A DNA stretch of 22,205 nt from a bacterium (lineage in GTDB: Bacteria; UBA10199; 2-02-FULL-44-16; DYJF01). Shown here piece by piece: positions 15,258-22,205 of this stretch; position 1 is the first letter of the stretch, and each line of letters starts with the position of its first letter. Under the pieces are notes generated by a model. It saw nothing but the letters and a program-made list of their open reading frames with translations, had not been told where the DNA came from and did not search any database. The position numbers and the translations under genes were made by a program. Where the stretch lies: the NCBI GenBank assembly GCA_041739675.1, contig JBGSNL010000030.1:1-22205 (forward strand). The letters are read 5' to 3'.

Positions 15258-17237
15258 ATGGCAGAAGGTCACACGATCAAGTCCATGATGGACGAGACCA
15301 GGAAATTTGAGCCCCCCGCAGAGCTCAAAAAGAACGCCTGGATCAAGAGTTTTGACGAGTACAAAAAACTGTGGGATCAGTCGATTGCCGATCCTGAAAA
15401 ATTCTGGTCGAACATGGCCGAAGAATTCACGTGGTTCAAAAAGTGGAATCGCGTCCGCTCATACGATTTCAAAAACAAGATCGATATCAAATATTTCGAA
15501 GGCGCCGAGACGAACATCTCCGTTAACTGCCTTGACCGCTGGGTCAATTCAGGCAAGGGCGACCGCAAAGCGATCATCTGGGAAGGCAACGAGCCCAACG
15601 AGACCAAGACCTATACATACAAGCAGCTCCTGGACGAAGTCTGCAAGTTCGCCAACGTGCTGAAGGACAATGGCGTGAAAAAGGGCGACCGCGTCTCCAT
15701 CTACATGCCCATGATCCCCGAGCTTCCGATTGCAACGCTGGCGTGCGTCCGCATCGGCGCGGTCCACTCCGTGGTGTTCGGCGGTTTCTCGGCCGAATCG
15801 CTCCGCGACAGGATTCTTGATTCAGGTTGCAAGTTTTTGATCACGACCGACGGCGGCTATCGCGGCAACAAGAAGATCCCGATGAAAAAAGCCGCTGACG
15901 ACGCGATGAGAATGTGCGAAGAAGCGGGAAATCCCGTCGCAACCTGCATCGTTTACAAGCGCACGGGCGAGGCGGTTGATATGAAGACCGGCCGCGATCT
16001 CTGGTGGAACGACCTGATGGCGAAGGCCTCCACAACCTGCGAACCGGCGCATGTAGGCGCGGAAGATCCGGCGTTCATACTCTACACATCCGGCTCCACC
16101 GGCAAACCGAAGGGCGTGCTGCACACGACGGGCGGCTACATGGTATTTGCCGCGCAGACATTCAAGTACATGTTCGACTACCATGCAGACGACATCTTCT
16201 GGTGCACGGCAGATATCGGATGGGTGACGGGCCACACCTACATCGTCTACGCGCCGCTTTGCAACAACGCGACGGAAGTGATGTTCGAGGGAATCCCCAA
16301 CTATCCGCATCCGGACCGCTTCTGGGAAATCGTCGAGAAGCACAAGGTCTCGATCATCTACACGGCCCCCACGGTTATCCGCTCGCTCATGAAGGAAGGC
16401 GAGCAGTGGCCGGCAAAGCACAACCTCTCATCGCTTCGAATTCTGGGAACGGTCGGCGAGCCGATCAACCCCGAGGCATGGATCTGGTATCATAAGAATA
16501 TCGGCCATGAAAAATGCCCGATCATCGACACGTGGTGGCAGACAGAGACGGGCGGCGCCTTGATCGCGCCTCTGCCCGGTGCGGTTGCCACGAAGCCAGG
16601 TTCGGCGACGATCCCATTCTTCGGCGTGAAGCCCAAGGTCATCCGCGAGGACGGCACGGAATGCAAACCGAACGAGGGCGGATATCTCATCATCGAAGAG
16701 CCGTGGCCCGGAATCATGAGAACGGTCTACAACCATCATGAGCGCTTCAAGGAAACATATTTCTCCCGCTTCCCCGGCGTGTATTTCACCGGCGACGGTG
16801 CGCGCAAGGATGAAGACGGATACTACTGGCTCATGGGCCGCGTTGACGACGTTATCAACGTCTCCGGCCATAGGATCGGAACGGCCGAGGTTGAATCGTC
16901 GCTCGTCAGCCATCCAAAGGTTGCAGAGGCGGCGGTTGTGGGCTGCCCGCACGACATCAAGGGCCAGGGCATCTACGCATATGTCACATTGAAAACGGGC
17001 AACGCTTCTTCAGATGAGTTGAAGAAGGAGCTGGTCGCTCATGTGAGAAAAGAGATCGGGCCGATCGCGATGCCCGACAAGATACAGTTCACAGACGCGC
17101 TTCCAAAGACCCGTTCGGGGAAGATCATGCGCCGTATTTTAAGAAAGATCGCCGAGGGCGAACTTGAAAGCCTTGGCGATACATCGACGCTTGCCGATCC
17201 CAACGTCGTCAATTCGCTTGTTGAGGGAAGGCAATAA
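15258..17237 (+). CDS. acs: Acetyl-CoA synthetase (AMP-forming)
   Basis: ILYTSGSTGKPKG, ADIGWVTGH, GEPINPEAW, DTWWQTETGG, GRVDDVINVSGHR, PKTRSGKIMRR and GDTSTL. Confidence 0.97.
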   Translation: MAEGHTIKSMMDETRKFEPPAELKKNAWIKSFDEYKKLWDQSIADPEKFWSNMAEEFTWFKKWNRVRSYDFKNKIDIKYFEGAETNISVNCLDRWVNSGKGDRKAIIWEGNEPNETKTYTYKQLLDEVCKFANVLKDNGVKKGDRVSIYMPMIPELPIATLACVRIGAVHSVVFGGFSAESLRDRILDSGCKFLITTDGGYRGNKKIPMKKAADDAMRMCEEAGNPVATCIVYKRTGEAVDMKTGRDLWWNDLMAKASTTCEPAHVGAEDPAFILYTSGSTGKPKGVLHTTGGYMVFAAQTFKYMFDYHADDIFWCTADIGWVTGHTYIVYAPLCNNATEVMFEGIPNYPHPDRFWEIVEKHKVSIIYTAPTVIRSLMKEGEQWPAKHNLSSLRILGTVGEPINPEAWIWYHKNIGHEKCPIIDTWWQTETGGALIAPLPGAVATKPGSATIPFFGVKPKVIREDGTECKPNEGGYLIIEEPWPGIMRTVYNHHERFKETYFSRFPGVYFTGDGARKDEDGYYWLMGRVDDVINVSGHRIGTAEVESSLVSHPKVAEAAVVGCPHDIKGQGIYAYVTLKTGNASSDELKKELVAHVRKEIGPIAMPDKIQFTDALPKTRSGKIMRRILRKIAEGELESLGDTSTLADPNVVNSLVEGRQ

Positions 17238-17261
17238 GAGAAGGATCTGAATTCAGAAAAT

Positions 17262-17292
17262 AAAAAACCCCGCAAGATGCGGGGTTTTTTTT
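17262..17292. terminator. Bidirectional intrinsic terminator
   Basis: AAAAAACCCCGCA-AGA-TGCGGGGTTTTTTTT between the convergent acs and MltD-like genes. Confidence 0.9.
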
Positions 17293-17301
17293 ATTCGATC
17301 T

Positions 17302-19545
17302 TTAATTGGTGTGAATTTTAAGACTGTCGCCGGGTTTCACGGCTGAAGGATCTGAAAGATTGTTCCACTGCTGAATATCGGCAATCGTGACTTTGTGGCG
17401 ACGCGCTATGTCCCAGAGGGTGTCGCCGTCTTTCACCTTGTAGTTGAGGCGGGATTGCTGCTCCGGAAGCGGGATATCGGAAAGCTTTATGGGCGACCCT
17501 TCCTCTTTTTGCGGCACCGGCGCTACGGCAGCCGGCTCTTCAATCTTTTCCACCGTCTCAGCTTGCGGCACTGGAGCCGTCTTCTGTATCGGCGCCTTCT
17601 TTGCCTCCTTGATTTGAACTTCCGGCTTCCGACTTCCGACCTCCGTCGTCTTGATCTTCAAGACCTGACCGGAGCGAACGACTTTGGGATTTTTGATTCC
17701 GTTCCATTTCATAATGTCACTTACTGTCACACCATGTTTCTTCGCGACAGCACCCAGCGAATCACCCTTCTTCATTGTGTATTTTTTTGTGACCGCGACC
17801 GGCTTTTTATCCGCCGGTTTTTTTACAGTATCATTCGCGCTCAAGTCTATGTCATCCGGACTCGCCTCCGAGGCAGCCGCCATCGCTATTTCCCTCACCT
17901 CCGTCGACTGAGGCGACTCCTTGGCTTCAGGCTGAACCGAACCTTGTACGGGTTCATCTTTTACCACAATTTCCGCCGCCTCAGGCGCCGCGGCGTCACC
18001 CGAAGCCTCTATGGCGGTCTTGCCCTGCGCCATCTTGACGATGATCTTTTGCCCGGGTTTTATTTTTGCCGATGAATCAAGGCCGTTCATGGCGGCCAGT
18101 TCATCCACCGACATGTCGTAGCGCTGAGCTATGGTCCAAAGCGTATCTCCGGAGCGGATGCTGTGCTTCGTTCCGCCGCCGGAAAGACCGGCATCGGCCA
18201 TCTGCTTTTGTCCCTGCGGAGATTTCTTGGCCACTGTCACCTGCTTATATATCTTCAGCGTCCGCCCGGCCCTCAACGGATTTTTTGCCGTGATCGAGTT
18301 CCAGCTCTTGAGCTGCGCCGGCGTTACACCGAACTTTCTTGCGATCTGGCTCACTGAATCCATTTTTTTCACGCGGTAGGTGACAAGCTTCTTGGTGCGC
18401 ACGGTACTTGTCTCGCCCTCGGAGCTGTCTTCAACATACGCTGCGCGGCCGCGCGGGACCACAAGCATCGTTCCGGCCCGCAATTTGTGTTTTGTTGAAA
18501 TATCGTTAGCCGCTATGAGCGAACCTTTCGAGACTCCGTATCGCTTCGCAATTGTCGCCACGTTTTCTCCGCGGCGCACTCTATGATAGACAACCTTCAC
18601 GCGCTCGCTCTCTGGAAGCGAGGCATACTTGGTCTTGAAGGTTGCGGTTGTTCCCTTTGGCAGATTGATCTGATAATTTCTGGCACCGGGAGGCGTCGCT
18701 CCTCTCACGAGGTGCGGGTTCAAATCGGAAACGGCATCGGGTGAAACTCCCGCGCAATCGGCTATCACTTCAAGATCGGTCTGCGTCTCGACCGAGGCAA
18801 CGTCGTACTCCAGAGGTTTTTGGGAACTGGCGAGTGAAAAACCGAAATTCTGCGGCATCTTTGCAATTATCGCCGCCGCTATAAACTTGGGAACATAATC
18901 GCGCGTCTCAGCCCTCAAATGTCTTTCGCGCGAATCCGCTATCACCCAGAAATTTCTGGACCCTGAATTGGCAATCGCCTCTCTGATCCTTCCCTCTCCA
19001 GCATTGTAGCCGGCCATAGCCAGATACCAGTCGCCAAATTCATTATAAAGGTCCCTCAAATATCTTGAGGCAGCCCATGTTGCCTTGACGGGATCCCGCC
19101 TCTCGTCCTCCCACCCGTTGATATCCAGATCGTAACGCGACCCCGTTCCCCTTATGAACTGCCAGGGTCCCACGGCGGCAGCCCTTGAGTACGCGTTGTT
19201 GTTGAATCCGCTCTCGATCATTGCGACATAGATAAGATCCTGCGGCAGGCCGTTCTGCTTCAAAATATCCCGCATCATCTTCATATAGCGGCCGGAGCGG
19301 TCCAGATATCTCTGGAAATGGCCCCTTCCGGCGCCCTGAAAGTAATCCATCCATGCATAGACGCGGTCGTTTAGGGTCAAAGGAACGTCAGATTGGGGGA
19401 GATGGCCGAGATTATGCTCGGCTGTGAACTTTTGGCGCTCGGCCTCATTATGATAGCGCGACCTGCTATCGGCCAAACGATCCTTTGCGCAACCGGCAAA
19501 TAGAAAAAAAACCGCCCCAACCGCCAGAAGAGCTCGAAACCTCAT
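17302..19545 (-). CDS. mltD: MltD-like lytic transglycosylase lipoprotein with five LysM domains
   Basis: Signal peptide with lipobox FAGC. SLT motifs MIESGF, AVGPWQF, DERRDP, AGYNAGEG and ETRDYVPKF. Five LysM repeats, with acidic/Pro-rich linkers before the last two. Confidence 0.9.
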   Translation of the reverse strand: MRFRALLAVGAVFFLFAGCAKDRLADSRSRYHNEAERQKFTAEHNLGHLPQSDVPLTLNDRVYAWMDYFQGAGRGHFQRYLDRSGRYMKMMRDILKQNGLPQDLIYVAMIESGFNNNAYSRAAAVGPWQFIRGTGSRYDLDINGWEDERRDPVKATWAASRYLRDLYNEFGDWYLAMAGYNAGEGRIREAIANSGSRNFWVIADSRERHLRAETRDYVPKFIAAAIIAKMPQNFGFSLASSQKPLEYDVASVETQTDLEVIADCAGVSPDAVSDLNPHLVRGATPPGARNYQINLPKGTTATFKTKYASLPESERVKVVYHRVRRGENVATIAKRYGVSKGSLIAANDISTKHKLRAGTMLVVPRGRAAYVEDSSEGETSTVRTKKLVTYRVKKMDSVSQIARKFGVTPAQLKSWNSITAKNPLRAGRTLKIYKQVTVAKKSPQGQKQMADAGLSGGGTKHSIRSGDTLWTIAQRYDMSVDELAAMNGLDSSAKIKPGQKIIVKMAQGKTAIEASGDAAAPEAAEIVVKDEPVQGSVQPEAKESPQSTEVREIAMAAASEASPDDIDLSANDTVKKPADKKPVAVTKKYTMKKGDSLGAVAKKHGVTVSDIMKWNGIKNPKVVRSGQVLKIKTTEVGSRKPEVQIKEAKKAPIQKTAPVPQAETVEKIEEPAAVAPVPQKEEGSPIKLSDIPLPEQQSRLNYKVKDGDTLWDIARRHKVTIADIQQWNNLSDPSAVKPGDSLKIHTN
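17619..17646. repeat. Short heptamer tandem repeat within the mltD linker
   Basis: CTTCCGG CTTCCGA CTTCCGA CCTCCGT. Confidence 0.45.
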
Positions 19546-19601
19546 GGAAAACCCCTTAAAATGCGCTAAATTGCATCCATAACAGCCTACAACCTAGCAA
19601 A

Positions 19602-19631
19602 ATTATAACGCACGCCCAGGAAAGCTGTCAA
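19602..19631 (-). promoter_or_regulatory. Consensus sigma-70 promoter TTGACA-N18-TATAAT for the MltD-like gene
   Basis: On the minus strand, TTGACA at 19631-19626 and TATAAT at 19607-19602. Confidence 0.75.
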
Positions 19632-19636
19632 AATTA

Positions 19637-19667
19637 TTATCCGACATTTTCCAAAAAAGTTGCGTGA
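19637..19667 (-). promoter_or_regulatory. Third copy of the sigma-28-like element, TCAC-GCAACTTT-N11-TCGGATAA
   Basis: The reverse complement reads TCACGCAACTTTTTTGGAAAATGTCGGATAA. Its first 15 nt are identical to 2811-2825. Confidence 0.55.
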
Positions 19668-19684
19668 AAAATAACTTAAGGCCC

Positions 19685-20986
19685 CTAGTCGGCCTGTTTG
19701 CGTAAAAATGTCGGTATATCGTATTCGTCATCACGATATTCCATTATACCCGCATCGATCCCCAGCTCCTTCGCATCGACCATAGACGCCTTTTTAGGCA
19801 AAGGCAAGTCCTGTCCCACCATAAGCTCACCGGCAGGCACATTCCGCATGGCACCGGCTGGATAACCACCCTGACCGCGCCCTGGAGTGGCCTGAGCGCT
19901 GTATGTCTGCTGTGCCGGCTGAGGAGCCCAATTTGACTGCCGCGCAGGTGCAATTGGCGCACTCTGCAGGATCGTTGGCTTTGCAAACCCTCTCTGAGCG
20001 GTAGCAGTAGGTCTTGCAACCCTCTGAAGCGGCTTATTAAAGCCCGTGGCAATGACCGTTACGCGCATTATGTCCCTCATCGACTCATCAATAACCGCTC
20101 CGAAGAGGATATTTGCATCCTCATGAGCTTCACCCTGAATGATCTTCGAGGCCTCGCTGATCTCATGGAGGGTCATGTCCGGGCCGCCGGTTATGTTGAT
20201 GAGAATTCCTGTCGCGCCCTTGATTGAGACGTCTTCAAGTAACGGAGAAGAGATCGCCTTCGTGGCGGCGTCGATCGCCCGGCCCTCGCCAGTCGCGCTG
20301 CCGGCACCCATCAGGGCCATGCCCATCTCGTTCATGATCGTTCTGACATCGGCAAAGTCGAGATTGATGAGACCGTGCACCGTGATGAGATCCGATATGC
20401 CCTTCACCGCCTGATAGAGAACCTGATCGGCCTGCTTGAACGCATCGACCACCGTGACGTCGTTTCCAACGAGGCCCAAAAGTTTCTCGTTGGGGATCGT
20501 GATCAATGTGTCCACCGCCTCACGAAGCTCGGCGATGCCGCGGTCTCCCTGTATCCCTCTCTGTCTTCCTTCAAAAGCGAAGGGTCTGGTGACAACGCCG
20601 ACGACAAGGGCGCCAAGCTCCTTGGCAAGACGCGCGATTACAGGCGCGCCGCCCGTTCCCGTGCCGCCGCCCATTCCGGCGGTGACAAAGACCATGTCGG
20701 CGCCGCCTATCGCCTCGGCCACCGCGCGCTGATCTTCAAGGGCCGCGTTTTTGCCGACTTCCGGATTGGCTCCGGCGCCAAGCCCTTTTGTCAGCTCACG
20801 TCCTAATTGGATTTTTACCGGCGCTATGTTCGCCTTCAGCGCCTGCAGGTCCGTGTTGGCGGCGATGAAATCCACGCCCTCCAGATCCAGTTCCATCATG
20901 GTGTTGATTGCGTTTCCGCCGCCGCCGCCGATTCCTACCACTTTAATTTTGGCATTCGGTGCCAAATTTTCCACAAGTTCAAACAT
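19685..20986 (-). CDS. ftsZ: Cell division GTPase FtsZ
   Basis: [41 protein letters not shown] and the C-terminal peptide [14 protein letters not shown] at 20986 with AAAGGGGG upstream. Confidence 0.98.
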   Translation of the reverse strand: MFELVENLAPNAKIKVVGIGGGGGNAINTMMELDLEGVDFIAANTDLQALKANIAPVKIQLGRELTKGLGAGANPEVGKNAALEDQRAVAEAIGGADMVFVTAGMGGGTGTGGAPVIARLAKELGALVVGVVTRPFAFEGRQRGIQGDRGIAELREAVDTLITIPNEKLLGLVGNDVTVVDAFKQADQVLYQAVKGISDLITVHGLINLDFADVRTIMNEMGMALMGAGSATGEGRAIDAATKAISSPLLEDVSIKGATGILINITGGPDMTLHEISEASKIIQGEAHEDANILFGAVIDESMRDIMRVTVIATGFNKPLQRVARPTATAQRGFAKPTILQSAPIAPARQSNWAPQPAQQTYSAQATPGRGQGGYPAGAMRNVPAGELMVGQDLPLPKKASMVDAKELGIDAGIMEYRDDEYDIPTFLRKQAD

Positions 20987-21022
20987 GATACCCCCTTTCA
21001 ATATTAAAATTGAATTCCGTTT

Positions 21023-22204
21023 TTAAAACATCTCACCTAACCATTCCTTCATGCGGCCCCTGACCTTTGCGTACACGTTCCGGTCCTTCACCTTGAATCT
21101 CTTGCTTACGGCCGAGGTCGAACCCATGAGCACAAGCCCAACTCCAGTCGCGTACATCGGGCTTCTCACGACATCGACAAGACCTCCTATCCCTTTCGGC
21201 ACTCCGCGCCTCACCGGCAGATTGAATATCTGCTCGGCAAGTTCGGGAACCCCTTCCATGATGGAGGTTCCGCCCGTGAGAACCACGCCCGCCGCTACCA
21301 TATCTTCGCAGCCTGAACGCGTGATCTCCTGCTGGACGAGCGTGAATATCTCCTCCATGCGCGGCTCAACTATCTCCGCTAAAATCTGCCTCGAAAGTAC
21401 GCGCGGATTTCTTCCGCCGACCGACGGAACCTCGATCGTCTCATCCTTGTGAACGAGGCCCGCGGTTGCGCATCCGTATTTCAGCTTGATACGCTCCGCC
21501 TCGTGCGCGGGAGTTCTGAGACCCACGGCGATATCGTTGGTGAGATGATTCCCGCCGAGTGTGAGAACCGCCGTGTGGATGACCGAGCCCCCCGAATAGA
21601 CCGCAATGTCCGCAGTGCCGCCTCCGATATCCACCAGCACCACTCCCAGCTCCCTCTCATCCGTCGAGAGGGCGGCCTCGCTTGCGGCCAGCTGCTGGAG
21701 AAGTATGTCGTTGACGTTGAGCCCCGCGCGGTTGCAGCACTTTATTATATTCTGCGCCGAAGTGACCGCACCGGTCACAATGTGAACCTTCGCCTCGAGG
21801 CGCACGCCGCTCATGCCGACCGGGTCTCTCACTCCATCCTGATCGTCGACAATGAACTGCTGTGGTATGACGTGTATCACCTCTCGGTCGAGCGGAATCG
21901 AAACGGCCTGCGCCGCATCTATCACGCGCTCGACATCGGCCACGCCCACCTCTTTATTTTTGATTGCGACAATACCGTGGCTGTTGAGCCCCTTGATGTG
22001 GCCCCCGGCTATCCCAGCGTAGACCGACGTGATCTCGCAGCCGGCCATCAGCTCCGCCTCCTCAACCGCCTTTCTGATGGAGGAGACGGTACTTTCAATG
22101 TTGACGACGACCCCTTTCCTTAAGCCCTTTGAAGGGTGGGATCCGATCCCCACGATATCTATCCCTTCATCGGCTATTTCGCCCACAATTGCGGCAATTT
22201 TAGT
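21023..22204 (-). CDS. ftsA: Cell division protein FtsA, 5'-truncated by the window edge
   Basis: The frame is open to the window end (TKIAAIVGE...). Motifs GLRKGVVVNIE, PVGMSGVRLE, VDIGGGT, AERIKLKYG and VLTGG. Lies directly upstream of ftsZ. Confidence 0.97.
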   Translation of the reverse strand, partial: TKIAAIVGEIADEGIDIVGIGSHPSKGLRKGVVVNIESTVSSIRKAVEEAELMAGCEITSVYAGIAGGHIKGLNSHGIVAIKNKEVGVADVERVIDAAQAVSIPLDREVIHVIPQQFIVDDQDGVRDPVGMSGVRLEAKVHIVTGAVTSAQNIIKCCNRAGLNVNDILLQQLAASEAALSTDERELGVVLVDIGGGTADIAVYSGGSVIHTAVLTLGGNHLTNDIAVGLRTPAHEAERIKLKYGCATAGLVHKDETIEVPSVGGRNPRVLSRQILAEIVEPRMEEIFTLVQQEITRSGCEDMVAAGVVLTGGTSIMEGVPELAEQIFNLPVRRGVPKGIGGLVDVVRSPMYATGVGLVLMGSTSAVSKRFKVKDRNVYAKVRGRMKEWLGEMF

Positions 22205-22205
22205 G

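Noticed and set aside
1..22205. CRISPR array, tRNA/rRNA genes, integrase/transposase or prophage genes
   Set aside because: No regularly spaced direct repeats, RNA-gene signatures or mobile-element protein motifs were seen. The intergenic spaces are short and accounted for.

Overview
Bacterial chromosomal window of about 55% GC. The FtsZ C-terminus and the gene set suggest a deltaproteobacterial-type lineage, which is an inference only. Recognisable housekeeping genes are an ADP-forming acyl-CoA synthetase, a CoA-transferase/GNAT fusion, a small HEXXH metalloprotease, cysK and acs on +, and partial ftsA, ftsZ and an MltD-like lipoprotein with five LysM domains on -. Four large orphan genes sit among them. 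Three are tandem paralogues (66-6096) whose C-terminal halves resemble a catalytically degenerate histidine-kinase core. The fourth (10342-13734) carries a degenerate ClpA/B-type AAA+ domain and a Gly/Ala-rich hydrophobic C-terminal region. All four share a short peptide motif, [TA]G[TL][FV][SR]P[ED][EA], placed after a Pro/Gly linker. In the three paralogues the motif is followed by a 53-61 aa Arg-rich, nearly acid-free tail. A conserved sigma-28-like element (GCAACTTT-N11-[GCC/TGC/TCG]GA[AT]AA) precedes two of the orphans and the MltD-like gene, with a weaker copy before the first orphan. The best candidate for a new system is a co-regulated family of tagged pseudo-enzyme proteins, possibly exported effectors. 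That function is inferred, not shown.
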